The notes under the pieces: model-generated | What the model was told of the DNA's origin: nothing | Seen by the model: only the letters and a program-made list of their open reading frames with translations | Databases searched by the model: none | NCBI GenBank assembly: GCA_910584525.1 | Contig: CAJUAT010000005.1 | Span: 5,023 to 69,022 of the forward strand | DNA from: an uncultured Muribaculaceae bacterium | GTDB lineage: Bacteria; Bacteroidota; Bacteroidia; Bacteroidales; Muribaculaceae | Direction: 5' to 3' | Length of the DNA: 64,000 bases | Part shown: positions 31,807 through 41,843 of the stretch, piece after piece | How positions within the stretch are numbered: position 1 is the stretch's first letter | Layout: the number at the start of each line of letters is the position of its first letter | Made by a program: the position numbers and the translations under genes

Positions 31807-34059
31807 CTAAATGGATAATCTGAGTGTTGCGCCCACCTGCAGAGGGCGTCCGCGCTGCAGGAACTCGTTGCCCATCGACATGAAATAGAAGGTATCGTAA
31901 CGCGTTGCTGTCAGGTTCTTGCCCCATACCTGCAGGCTCCATCGCTTGGCTTCCAGCGTGACCGACGCCCCCAACAGCGCATAGAAATTCTGATGAAGGG
32001 TGTTGGCCTCGTTCCAGTATATCTTGCCGTTGCCTCTGAGATTCACGTCCACGGTCAGCCCGCTGACATGCCTCCCTTTCAGAGGCTGATACCATAATCC
32101 CTGCACAAAGAGCGTGTTCCTGGGAGCGTACGGCAGGTTCTTGCCGGCATAGTCGTGGATGCCGTTGAAGAATTTCACGAACCGTGCGTCGGTGAAGCCA
32201 TAGCTGGCGTTAAGCTCTATGTTGCGTGTCACCTCCCATGTCAGCGATACCTCGCAGCCTGCGCTGCGCGTCTTGCCGGCATTGGTCATCACGCGCCCTG
32301 TCGTTGTCCCGTCGGGAAACATCGTCAGCTGCTGGTCGCAACAGTCTATATAGAAGGCCGACAGGTCGATGCCCACCTTACCCCCGGCAAACGACAGATG
32401 CGACCCTATCTCGTAATTCCAGCTGTACTCGGGCTTATATCCCACCACTTCGTCCACATCGTATGCCGCCGACAGTCCCATCAGTCCCATGAGCCGCTGC
32501 TGCAGCACGTCGCTGAACATCTGAGTGTTGAATCCTCCTGCCTTCCATCCTTTGGATATGGTGGCATACACGTTGCAGTCGCCGCCGGCCGTGAGGTCGT
32601 AAAGCACGCTCACCTTAGGCATCCAGTTGAAATAGCTCCTCCTCTCGTGTCCCCGGTCGTCGATTTTAACATCCTTGTGCGAGTATGGTTCCTGCGTACC
32701 GTCGGCCATGTGCATCACCTCATAACCTGTATCGCACTGGCTGTGGTAGTTGAGGCGCGAGGTCTCCCAGTCGAGCCGCAGTCCCGCCGTGAGATGCCAT
32801 CTTCCAAGGTCGAACTCCGACTGATGATACACCGCGGCACCCCCCGATGGGATGGTAAAATCGCTGTGTAGCACAAACTCCCGGCTGTCCCATACTATCG
32901 GATAGTCGGGATTCGACTCATTGCGGTGCTTCTCTATGAGTTCCGATATTCCTTTGTCCTTGAAGGTCACGGGGGCTGTCATGTCGAGGTTGCGGAAAAA
33001 TCCGAAAGCGCCGGCGAGCCATTTGTATCTGCCGCCAAGACCCTTACCCTTGAACACCACGTCTTCCGTGATGCCAAGGTCGCGCTGCTTCTGCGTCAGC
33101 GTGAAGTATGACTCCGGCAGGAAGTCCTGGTCGAGGGTCATGTTGTCGTCGAGCCACTGCACGCTGGTCACCGATGTCATCGTGAACTTCTCCTTGCGCC
33201 AGCTCAGCGTCAGCCCGTCGTTGACCGTAAACCGGCGGTAATAACATGGGTCGTTATAGTTTATCTCGTCTGTCGCCACCGAGCGGTATGGATACCCTCC
33301 CTGGCTGAGGAGTGTGGTGCTGAGCACGTTCTGGAGGAAGAGGTCTGGGTTGACCCTTGCGTCGAGCTTCAGTCGCAGGCCGCCCGACACTTCATGGTCG
33401 AGTTTCTTGCCGTCGTATTCGTTGCGGAAGAAGCCGCCGAGGTAGTCAAAATTGGCAATGGCGGCTACGGCTGTCTTTTCGCTGAACTTATGGTACCAGC
33501 CTGCCGAGGCGCGGTAGTCGTTGCCCATGCCGCCGTAGAGCGATACTCTCCATCCCTGCCACCGCAGCGGCGAGAGGGTGGTGATGTTGATGAGGCCTCC
33601 CATGGTGTTGCGGCCGAAGAGTGTTGACTGCGGACCGCGGAGCATCTCCACCGATGCTATGTCGGCGAGGTCGAAGTCATAGGCATTCTTGTTGAGATAG
33701 GGCACATTGTCGACGGTAAGGCCTACGGCCGGCTGGTCGATACGTGCTCCGATGCCGCGCACGTAGATTGACGACGTGATGCGCGACCCATAGTCGGGGA
33801 TGTAGAAGTTGGGCACTATGTCGGAGATGCCTTTCATCGACACGGCGCCAGCCTGTTCGAGTTCCACGCGCCCTATCACGGTAGCCGACACGGCATCATG
33901 GTCGAGCCGGTCCTTCTGCTTCACCGACACCACGTTGACCTCCTGCAGCGTGGTAGCATCGGCATCCGCGCCCATGGCTACGGTATCGACGCGCTCCTCT
34001 CCTGCCAGCCGCAGCACCATAATAAGCACCCCCGTTATCGCTATCACTCTTCTTTTCAC
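31807..34059 (-). CDS. TonB-dependent receptor (micronutrient type, no SusD partner)
   Basis: Plug motifs IYVRGIG and VEMLRGPQSTLFGRNTMGGLINI; SKGWKAGGFN; YKPEYSWNYEIG. Confidence 0.93.
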   Translation of the reverse strand: MKRRVIAITGVLIMVLRLAGEERVDTVAMGADADATTLQEVNVVSVKQKDRLDHDAVSATVIGRVELEQAGAVSMKGISDIVPNFYIPDYGSRITSSIYVRGIGARIDQPAVGLTVDNVPYLNKNAYDFDLADIASVEMLRGPQSTLFGRNTMGGLINITTLSPLRWQGWRVSLYGGMGNDYRASAGWYHKFSEKTAVAAIANFDYLGGFFRNEYDGKKLDHEVSGGLRLKLDARVNPDLFLQNVLSTTLLSQGGYPYRSVATDEINYNDPCYYRRFTVNDGLTLSWRKEKFTMTSVTSVQWLDDNMTLDQDFLPESYFTLTQKQRDLGITEDVVFKGKGLGGRYKWLAGAFGFFRNLDMTAPVTFKDKGISELIEKHRNESNPDYPIVWDSREFVLHSDFTIPSGGAAVYHQSEFDLGRWHLTAGLRLDWETSRLNYHSQCDTGYEVMHMADGTQEPYSHKDVKIDDRGHERRSYFNWMPKVSVLYDLTAGGDCNVYATISKGWKAGGFNTQMFSDVLQQRLMGLMGLSAAYDVDEVVGYKPEYSWNYEIGSHLSFAGGKVGIDLSAFYIDCCDQQLTMFPDGTTTGRVMTNAGKTRSAGCEVSLTWEVTRNIELNASYGFTDARFVKFFNGIHDYAGKNLPYAPRNTLFVQGLWYQPLKGRHVSGLTVDVNLRGNGKIYWNEANTLHQNFYALLGASVTLEAKRWSLQVWGKNLTATRYDTFYFMSMGNEFLQRGRPLQVGATLRLSI

Positions 34060-34149
34060 AGTGCAAAGTTATCCCATTTGCCCCAATCGGCCAAATACTC
34101 CTCCCCCACGCGCCTTTTTACCTGATTCCCGGTACTGAACTTTCTACAG

Positions 34150-34256
34150 GAATCACAGAACTAAAAATTTAGGGAATCACAGAACTTAACCGGAATTGCA
34201 CCGAGAGTTCACAGAACTTATTCTCAGCCACAATAATTTTCAGACTGCTCACAGAA
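34150..34256. repeat. (GAA)TCACAGAA repeat cluster, related to the palindrome at 50465-50524
   Basis: TCACAGAA occurs four times; 34174-34212 matches 50470-50508 at 35/39 nt. Confidence 0.8.
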
Positions 34257-34269
34257 GCGGCAGGCAAGA

Positions 34270-34640
34270 TTTTCGACGTGAGAATTGACTCTTTTCGACA
34301 GGAGAACGGGAGAACAGGAGAGTCCGGTACTCGTTTTAGACACAAGAACGGGAGAACAGGTTACTCGTTTGTGGATCAATGTCTCGAAAGCAAGACATGG
34401 TGAGCAGCTCCTTTACGAGCTGCGATGAGGTCCAGTTAACCATGTCTTGCCTCTACCGAGGCAGGTCTTGACTCTAACTGGTTCAGTTCTGCGATACCAA
34501 AACGAGCGCTGATACAAAAAAGCATACCCGACTCTCCCGTTCTATCGCCAAAAAAGAGTACCGTCTCTCCTGTTCTCCCGTTCTCCCGTCGAAAAAAAGT
34601 CAGTGCTACCGTCGAAAAGAGTCAGTGCTGCCGACGAAGA
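34270..34640. repeat. Foldback/MITE-like element with ~110-bp imperfect inverted arms
   Basis: Left arm TGACTCTTTTCGACAGGAGAACGGGAGAACAGGAGAG..CGGTACTC; right arm GAGTACCGTCTCTCCTGTTCTCCCGTTCTCCCGTCGAAAAAAAGTCA; structured core between them. Confidence 0.75.
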
Positions 34641-34644
34641 GATG

Positions 34645-35556
34645 TCAGACATCGAGGATGAGGCCCTCGCGGTTGCGTATGGCATCAGGATGGATTTTCA
34701 TGGCCTCCTCCACGAAAACCGCGTCATCGGAATAGCGTGAGGAATAATGGCCTGTCAGCAGCCGGCGGGCGCCGGCGTCACGCGCCACCATGGCAGCCTG
34801 CTCGGCAGTGCTGTGAAACCGTGCACGCGCCAGATCGCCATGCTCACGGGTATACGTGGTCTCATGAAACAGAAGGTCCACCTCCCCTATCTTCGACGCC
34901 AGCCCCGGCATATAGAGAGTATCCGACATATGCGCATATTTGCGGCCCTTGTCGCCGGGAGTGGTGAGCAACGCATTGGGCACGACGCTGCCGTCGGCCT
35001 TGACGAAGTCGGCCCCCTCCTTGATCTCACGCATCTTGTAAAGCGGCACGCCATGATAATCGCACACATCACGGCGGATATGCCGCAGCGAGTCCTTCTC
35101 CTCGAACACATACCCCACATCCGGCACACGATGCTCCAGCGGTATCGTGCGCACCTTAAGAGCTCCCGTGTCGAGAATCACACTTTCCTCCGGCTCTATG
35201 ACATTGAACTCCAGCTCAAACGACAAGTCACGGGAAAAATAACCGAATATGGTCTCCAGAATCCTCTTGCCGTCGGCAAATGTATGGATTGTGAGCTTAC
35301 CCTCCTTGCCGCCGAGAGCCAGGGTGGATACCAGCCCCGGGAGTCCCAGCACATGGTCGCCGTGAAGATGGGTGATGAAGATATGGCGCAGCCGCCCGAA
35401 CTTCAGTCTCTGTCGCTGAAACTGAAGCTGGGCGCCTTCACCGCAGTCAATCATATAGAGCGTGCCACGGTGCTCCACCACCGTCGACGACGGCTGATGC
35501 TTCACCGTAGGCTTCGCCGACCCGCAGCCAAGCGTATGTATCCTGAAATCACTCAT
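34645..35556 (-). CDS. rnz: Ribonuclease Z
   Basis: LGCGSAKP, IDCGEG, THLHGDH, HETTY, HST, GHYSSRY; ATG overlaps the A2M stop. Confidence 0.95.
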   Translation of the reverse strand: MSDFRIHTLGCGSAKPTVKHQPSSTVVEHRGTLYMIDCGEGAQLQFQRQRLKFGRLRHIFITHLHGDHVLGLPGLVSTLALGGKEGKLTIHTFADGKRILETIFGYFSRDLSFELEFNVIEPEESVILDTGALKVRTIPLEHRVPDVGYVFEEKDSLRHIRRDVCDYHGVPLYKMREIKEGADFVKADGSVVPNALLTTPGDKGRKYAHMSDTLYMPGLASKIGEVDLLFHETTYTREHGDLARARFHSTAEQAAMVARDAGARRLLTGHYSSRYSDDAVFVEEAMKIHPDAIRNREGLILDV

Positions 35557-38500
35557 CAACGCCAAGAATTTTTCCCGCAGAATGGGCAGTGATCACAGGA
35601 GCATACTGGCTCTGGGCCTCCGCAATGCCGAGAGTATATTCGCCGGCACGGTCCACATGACACTCATAGCTTATCACATGCGTACCCTTGCCGAGGAAAG
35701 GTATGAACAGATTCGTGCACGTATTGCGCACCTCGCGATAGAACCACACGCCGTCGGAAGAGGTATAGCCCGACAGCTGGTCTACAGGCTCGAGACATGC
35801 CGAGCGGCCGTCGATGATGGCCACATAATCCATGTCGCGGTCAGTAGTCACGGTAAGCGTCACCTTCACCTTGTCGCCGACTTTCAGCTCACCCTTCAGC
35901 GCCTTGCCGTCGACGACGCTGTAGATATTCTTCTCGACCTTCAGCTGAGGCACTCCCTGGCTCTTGACCTCGAGCACAGGAGCCACATACTGGCTTACTA
36001 CGCCGCCCCATGCCGGATCGTGCGACGGCTTATCAATCACGATGCCGCCATTCCTTACCTGCTCGGGCGTCAACGTCACCGTAAAGCTGTCGGTAAGCTT
36101 CGACCTGCGGGGAAGCTTCACGACCTTGTCGCCAATCGAGAGGACCGCCGGCGCCTGAGGCACTGTCCAGTCGGGACCCGTGGCTACAAGAGCCTGTATC
36201 ACCTCCGCAGTGCCCTGCATGGCACCCCAGTCGAGCGTCTGCTTCGACATCACCAGCCACTGGCGAAGACCGTTAATCTCACCCACATACTTCATAGGCT
36301 CCCCCTTGGACATCTCGCCATAGGCTTCGAGCACCTGAGCCGTGGTGATCAGAGGATTCCAGCCGCTCCAGCTTCCCTTGAGGTTCATGAAGCACATACC
36401 GCGCTCCGGAGTCACCGTGGCATACTGGCGTACCGACTCCAGGATAGCGCCGGCCAGCGACTTGTTGCCGAGCCGTTGCTCCAGCGTCACCGCCGTAGCC
36501 TTGTTGTATATGTCGAAATTCTTCCATTCGGCGGCTATCGCCTTCAGAGCCGCAGCCCTGAGCTGACCGAAGCCGCCGCTGTCCTTCACACCAGGGAAGA
36601 AGCTCTTGACATACAGATAGTTAAGCAGCTCAGAGGTGCTGAACGAGCGAGGTTTCGACCGCTGCCAGTTCTTGACCAGCTCCCTGTCCATATACGCGAA
36701 CGCCTTCTCGGCTATCTTGGCGCCGCCCTCGGGCAGATACCCCATACCCTCGAGCATGGCGAAATGCAGCAGCACCCTGCCAGTGATATAAGGCGAGGTA
36801 GGCATGCCTGAGCACCAGCTCCAGCCGCCGTCGTTGTTCTGGCGGTTCACGAGCACCTCCATCACGCTCTTCACCGCATCCTGCGCCTCACGGGTATCGG
36901 CATATTTCACGAGCGACTGCATGCGCAGCGTCTCGTCAGCGGCATTGTTGACCCACGGCGTATTGCCCAGCTCCACAATCTTGAGCTGGCCGTCGCGCTG
37001 AAGATGCGACACGAGAGTGGAATCGCCGGCATTCTCCGGCGCCGCGAATGTGCGCAAAGCCTCCGCAATCTGCGGATATTCCGACGTCAGGCCGGCACCT
37101 ATGGCATTGCCGAAAAGAGCGTTTACCTGCGCCAGGATATTCTCAGAGTCAGGTTTTATGATTGCCGGGAGCGCCGTAACGCATTCCCACAGAGGATTGC
37201 CGCAATACTGCAGCGTCACCGTGGCATCCTTGACTTTCGGAGGCATCTTCACATCCAGCCGCTGCTCGCCGGTGCCGAGATAGAAAGGCGCCGACTCGGT
37301 GACAGGAGTGCTGCTGGGGAGCACGGCCACCTCGGTGCCTTCACCATCGATATGGCCGCCGCCCGAAGCATAAGCCTTCACAATCACCGCCGACATATCG
37401 CCGGGCACGGCAAACGGCATCGTCACCACCCTCGAGCCGGACGCAGCCACTTCCTCGGCGGCGAAATCCTTGGCATAAAGCACCTTGCCCGACATGTCGG
37501 TGACTACCATCCTGCCCGACAGCGGCAAGGTCTCGCCGCTGTTGTTGTAGAGAGTCGCCGACAGCTGAGCCTCATCGCCTGTACGCAGGAATCGCGGAGC
37601 GTTCATACGCACCATCACCTTCTTGGCGGCAACAGCCGTGAGCATCTTCACATTGCCGCGCATCTCCTTGTCATAGCCTGCTATCTGGAACTGCCATGTG
37701 CCGTTGAACTGCGGCACCTCGAAGCCCAGCGTGGCCACACCCTCGGAGTCGGTGACCAGGTCGGGCATGAAGAAGGCCAACGGGCATTCCACAGGCCGTA
37801 TCTCCTGCTGTTCCGCAGCTGCGGCACCGCCATAGTCACCGTTCACGGCCTCGGCATCCTCCTCGGCACTCTCCGCCTTATCCGCCATTCCCTTTGCGGC
37901 GCCATTCATGCGAGGTGCAGACATGGCCATTTTGCGCGAAGTGGTACGCACTGTGGCAAGCACCTCCTCCGACGCTCCGTCGGACACCGCTCCGGTGGAT
38001 TTCACTTCATTCTGAACGTCATACACATAATAAAAGGCACCTCTGTCGAAGAGTCCGCGGTCATAAGTGTTGAGCGACGGTATGAGGAAACGTCTGTAAT
38101 TCTTGTTTCTCATCCTGTCGACGCTCGTGAAGTCGGGGCGGCACATCCCCACGCCACGCTTGCTGAGCGACACCGCCGACGACCATGACGCCATACCGTA
38201 GGGATTGAAGCTCCACCGGAAGGGAGCCAGGGCATTAAGAGCCTCGTTCGACATCACGGCCATTGCCGGTCTGTCGGCCATAGGGCTGCCGCCCGTGGTG
38301 AACCGGAATTTCCATACCTCCTTGGCGCCAGGCTCCAGACGGTCGCGGAAACTTTCTGTCTCGATCTCCACCTTCTCCTGCTGGCTCACGGGTACCACCG
38401 TCACCACTGCCGTGGCATTCTCGAAATCATGCATGCCCGTCAGCGTCACGAACATCCTCTTGTCGGCAGCCGGCGACGCTACCCTGACATCCGCCATGCC

Positions 38501-41350
38501 GTCGGATACCTTAACCCATTTCTTCTCCACAATCCTTTCGCCGTCGTCGATCACGCAGAATATATGGCTGTTGTCATAACTTGACCCAGCCGCTATCGAC
38601 ACGTGGGTCTGACCCGGCTTCATGTCGACAGTCCTCTCAGGGGTCCACATAGCCGTCCTCACCGGCGGCTTTCTGTCGCCACGACGCCAGAGTATCACCT
38701 CGCTGCTCACATTTGCCCCCTCCTCACTGTCGGCCATATCCTGCGACAGCGAGAAGAGAAGCCTGTAACGCCCCGAGGACATGCCGGCGAAGTCTGGCTT
38801 GAACGAGCCCGACATGAACTCACCTTTCCGTACCTCCTTGCCGGTACTGTCGGTGATGGTATAATATACATTCTTCTGCACGGGATGACCTGTGACATCG
38901 TTCACGGTCACATTGCATGCCGTCACATCGCCGGCCTCCATGCGGTCGGGTATGTTGGCGCGTATGCTGTAAGGCGACACGAGGGAGAACATCGACACGG
39001 GAGCCTTCTGCGACTCGCCGTCGGGGGCGGTCACCTCCACGGCAAGAGTGAAGAGTCCCTTGGCATAGGGGGTGTCGCGCAGCGTGGCCGTGGGCAACGA
39101 TATGGCGAACTTCCCGGCATCGTCGGTCACGGTGGTGCCGTAGCATTCCTGCTCGGTGTCGCACATTCCCCACCAGCGGAGCCATGGCGTGTAGGTCACA
39201 GTATATTTCACCTTGGCGCCGGCAACCGGCATCCCGGCATATGTCATGGCCGTGCCGTCGATGGCGAGCACATCGCCAAGCCGGAAGTTGTCTGACGCCT
39301 TCCCTGTGGTAACCTTGAAGCCGGGCGCCTTGTAATCGGCGACCTCAAAACCGGCATCGGCCACAATACGCCCTCCCGACAGCATACGCACACGCCATGT
39401 GCCCAAAAGACCCGACGAGGGTATGCCGAATTTGCCGTTGACACGGCCAAAGCTGTCGGCCACAAGTGTCAGCGTGTCGACGCCCTGCCCGTTGGCATCC
39501 GCAAGTATCACCTGCACCTCCTTGCCCGGAAGCTCCCGGAACTCATTCCCTTTCCTATCGGCTACAACTCCCGCAAACTTCATCTCCTGACCCGGCTTGT
39601 ATATCGACAGGTCGGTAAGCAGTTTGCCGCAGGTCTGATTCCTGTCGTCACGGTTTGCGGCGCCGTAATTCCAGTAGGAAGTATGAGCCACGCTACCCTT
39701 TCTGCGTACCGACACCTTGCCGTTCTTTGCGGGGAGCACCACGGAGCCGTCGGCATCCGTGGTGAATGTCTGTCGTTCGGGAGTACCTCGGTATACGTTT
39801 TCCGTCCAGATCACGGTAGCACCCTGCACCGGTGCCTGGTTGGAGGCATCCACCACATATAGCCGCTTGCGGCCGTCGGCACGGTCGGTGACCATGAAAT
39901 AGCTTATGTCGCTGACGAGGAAAGTACGGCTTGATATGTCCGACGTCCCGTTGCTGACGATTCCCGACGCATCGGCGCCGGCACTCGCATATATGGCATA
40001 TACGCCCGGCTCGAGACCCGCCATGGCAAGCGTGTCGACAGCGATGTCGGGAGCCGTGCCGCCCACGGCGAAGGGAACCTTTTTCACCAGCCGCCCTTTG
40101 CCGGTCATATCCTTATAGTTGGCCCACCCGTCGGTGAACGTGTCAGGGAATCTGTATATCAGTAAATTGCCGCTGTATATACCGGTGGCGTTCAGCCCGC
40201 ATTTCCATGCCGTCGAGGGGAGCACAGCTTCAGGATACGACAGGTTTACCGATTTGCTCGTAAGCTCTTCGATAATGTCATGCACCTCGCCGAGTCCTAA
40301 TGCCGAGGGATATTTCGCGGCATACCCTCTCGCAATTTCAAGAGCCTTGCGCCGCCCATCGTTGACAGCCTTGGCCGTCGGCTCCTTGCCGCCCGTCTCC
40401 CTTCCATTCCGGGAATAGAGGCTGCGGGCATAGTCGGCAACGAAGCGGGCGCCGTATGCCGTATCGCCATAGCGGCCATAGCACTCCTCGAGCCAAGCCT
40501 TGCGTTTGGGGGCATAGCTCAGTATGTCGTAATATCCGCAGGCGAAGAGAGCCTCCAGCTCCATGTTGCCTTTCTCTTTGTTGGTGCTGATACCCTTGTC
40601 GAGAAGGCTTTTACGCATTTCTGCGCATCTGTCGGCGGGAGTCACCGTGCATGCGTCGCCGAAGCGCAGCGGCTCGTTACCCGTGGCATACGTGCCGACA
40701 TACTCAGCACCTTTGAGGCGTATGAAATCCATGACTGTCATACCTGCGCGTCGCGCGTCGGCGGTGTTCACCAGCAGCCCGGCAACTTCGGCGAGAGGAA
40801 CATCACCGGAGATGCGCCCGGCGGCGTCGGCGACCGTGGCCATCACGCTCTCGGCAAACATGCCGCCGCTCCATTCGAGCACGTCGGCAGGCCGGTCGGC
40901 AAGGGGTATGTCACGCTGGTCGTAGACCCACCGCCGCGAGTTGTAGACATTGTTAAGCAGCTGAGCCTTGCACATCAGGGCCATGGCGTTCCACGGCGAC
41001 GCGAGGCTTGAGGCAAGCGTGTCGAAACGCGCGATATTCCCGTTGACGTTGTTGTCGGCATCTATTTCCGAGGAGGCCACCGTCATCTGTATTGCCGCGC
41101 GTATGGCGTTGAGGCCGTCGCCGGCACCTAAAGCCTTGGCATACTCCGCACGGGCGTTGCCCATCACTGTCTGCGGATAGGCGAAGTCAGGCTTGGCAAA
41201 GGTATTGGCGCTATTCCGCGCCGTCTGAGCCGTCGTGGTTCGCTTGCCGCTAACCCGTTTTCCCATGGCAGGCATGCTTATACTTATAATGCAAAAGAAG
41301 GCGAGCGTCAGCCACACCTTCGTTCCTTTTATGTTGTTCCTCTTTTTCAT
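35549..41350 (-). CDS. Alpha-2-macroglobulin family protein
   Basis: TDLSIYKPGQ, AFFMPDL, PRFLRTGD, QNNDGGWSW, GDKVKVTL, ACLEP, QSQYAP. Confidence 0.92.
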   Translation of the reverse strand: MKKRNNIKGTKVWLTLAFFCIISISMPAMGKRVSGKRTTTAQTARNSANTFAKPDFAYPQTVMGNARAEYAKALGAGDGLNAIRAAIQMTVASSEIDADNNVNGNIARFDTLASSLASPWNAMALMCKAQLLNNVYNSRRWVYDQRDIPLADRPADVLEWSGGMFAESVMATVADAAGRISGDVPLAEVAGLLVNTADARRAGMTVMDFIRLKGAEYVGTYATGNEPLRFGDACTVTPADRCAEMRKSLLDKGISTNKEKGNMELEALFACGYYDILSYAPKRKAWLEECYGRYGDTAYGARFVADYARSLYSRNGRETGGKEPTAKAVNDGRRKALEIARGYAAKYPSALGLGEVHDIIEELTSKSVNLSYPEAVLPSTAWKCGLNATGIYSGNLLIYRFPDTFTDGWANYKDMTGKGRLVKKVPFAVGGTAPDIAVDTLAMAGLEPGVYAIYASAGADASGIVSNGTSDISSRTFLVSDISYFMVTDRADGRKRLYVVDASNQAPVQGATVIWTENVYRGTPERQTFTTDADGSVVLPAKNGKVSVRRKGSVAHTSYWNYGAANRDDRNQTCGKLLTDLSIYKPGQEMKFAGVVADRKGNEFRELPGKEVQVILADANGQGVDTLTLVADSFGRVNGKFGIPSSGLLGTWRVRMLSGGRIVADAGFEVADYKAPGFKVTTGKASDNFRLGDVLAIDGTAMTYAGMPVAGAKVKYTVTYTPWLRWWGMCDTEQECYGTTVTDDAGKFAISLPTATLRDTPYAKGLFTLAVEVTAPDGESQKAPVSMFSLVSPYSIRANIPDRMEAGDVTACNVTVNDVTGHPVQKNVYYTITDSTGKEVRKGEFMSGSFKPDFAGMSSGRYRLLFSLSQDMADSEEGANVSSEVILWRRGDRKPPVRTAMWTPERTVDMKPGQTHVSIAAGSSYDNSHIFCVIDDGERIVEKKWVKVSDGMADVRVASPAADKRMFVTLTGMHDFENATAVVTVVPVSQQEKVEIETESFRDRLEPGAKEVWKFRFTTGGSPMADRPAMAVMSNEALNALAPFRWSFNPYGMASWSSAVSLSKRGVGMCRPDFTSVDRMRNKNYRRFLIPSLNTYDRGLFDRGAFYYVYDVQNEVKSTGAVSDGASEEVLATVRTTSRKMAMSAPRMNGAAKGMADKAESAEEDAEAVNGDYGGAAAAEQQEIRPVECPLAFFMPDLVTDSEGVATLGFEVPQFNGTWQFQIAGYDKEMRGNVKMLTAVAAKKVMVRMNAPRFLRTGDEAQLSATLYNNSGETLPLSGRMVVTDMSGKVLYAKDFAAEEVAASGSRVVTMPFAVPGDMSAVIVKAYASGGGHIDGEGTEVAVLPSSTPVTESAPFYLGTGEQRLDVKMPPKVKDATVTLQYCGNPLWECVTALPAIIKPDSENILAQVNALFGNAIGAGLTSEYPQIAEALRTFAAPENAGDSTLVSHLQRDGQLKIVELGNTPWVNNAADETLRMQSLVKYADTREAQDAVKSVMEVLVNRQNNDGGWSWCSGMPTSPYITGRVLLHFAMLEGMGYLPEGGAKIAEKAFAYMDRELVKNWQRSKPRSFSTSELLNYLYVKSFFPGVKDSGGFGQLRAAALKAIAAEWKNFDIYNKATAVTLEQRLGNKSLAGAILESVRQYATVTPERGMCFMNLKGSWSGWNPLITTAQVLEAYGEMSKGEPMKYVGEINGLRQWLVMSKQTLDWGAMQGTAEVIQALVATGPDWTVPQAPAVLSIGDKVVKLPRRSKLTDSFTVTLTPEQVRNGGIVIDKPSHDPAWGGVVSQYVAPVLEVKSQGVPQLKVEKNIYSVVDGKALKGELKVGDKVKVTLTVTTDRDMDYVAIIDGRSACLEPVDQLSGYTSSDGVWFYREVRNTCTNLFIPFLGKGTHVISYECHVDRAGEYTLGIAEAQSQYAPVITAHSAGKILGVDE

Positions 41351-41362
41351 CTGCCTGTAAGG

Positions 41363-41833
41363 TTATCTCTGTGTTCTATTTTTCTCCCGTCGTTCACGGT
41401 GCATTTTCCTCAGTCGCCGGTTAAAATTCTCGTCGGCCTCCTTCATCTTGAAAATCTGTTTCGGCGACAGGAACTTTGAGAACTGACCGTCATATTTCTT
41501 CTCGATGGCTGCGCCTTTTTCCCTGGCGTTGTTCATGGCATCCACGGCAGCCTTGTAATCCTCGTCGCTGGCGTTGGAAGAGTTGCGCACCTTACGCTCC
41601 TGTGCCTTAACGCTACGGAAGAGGTTCCACCGCTCCTCGCTGAGGTTGTTGTAGACCTCCTCGAACTGTTTTTTCTGCGCGGCGTCAAGACCCATTTCCT
41701 GCGACAGGAACTCAACACGATATTGCTGAATCTCCCTGCGCATCGCCGCCTTGTCCTTACCTGTCTTGTTCTGCGCCATAACCGGCAGTAGTGCCGTCAT
41801 CAGCAGCAGCATTGTCAAAAATATCTTCTTCAT
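41363..41833 (-). CDS. Periplasmic helical protein (Spy/CpxP-like)
   Basis: Signal peptide MKKIFLTMLLL...AQ; FLSQEMGL..Q and LSPKQ motifs. Confidence 0.65.
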   Translation of the reverse strand: MKKIFLTMLLLMTALLPVMAQNKTGKDKAAMRREIQQYRVEFLSQEMGLDAAQKKQFEEVYNNLSEERWNLFRSVKAQERKVRNSSNASDEDYKAAVDAMNNAREKGAAIEKKYDGQFSKFLSPKQIFKMKEADENFNRRLRKMHRERREKNRTQR

Positions 41834-41843
41834 GTCAAATAGC

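Noticed and set aside
34455..34480. AGTCAAGACCTGCC on the minus strand, resembling a cobalamin riboswitch B12 box upstream of a TonB receptor
   Set aside because: The other core motifs (AGGGAA..GGTG.AA.TCC, GCCACTG, GGGAAG) are absent, and a promoter sits right at the receptor start
34270..34640. CRISPR array, retron msr-msd or hammerhead ribozyme
   Set aside because: No regular repeat-spacer periodicity, no cas or reverse transcriptase in the window, and no exact CTGATGA...GAAA core
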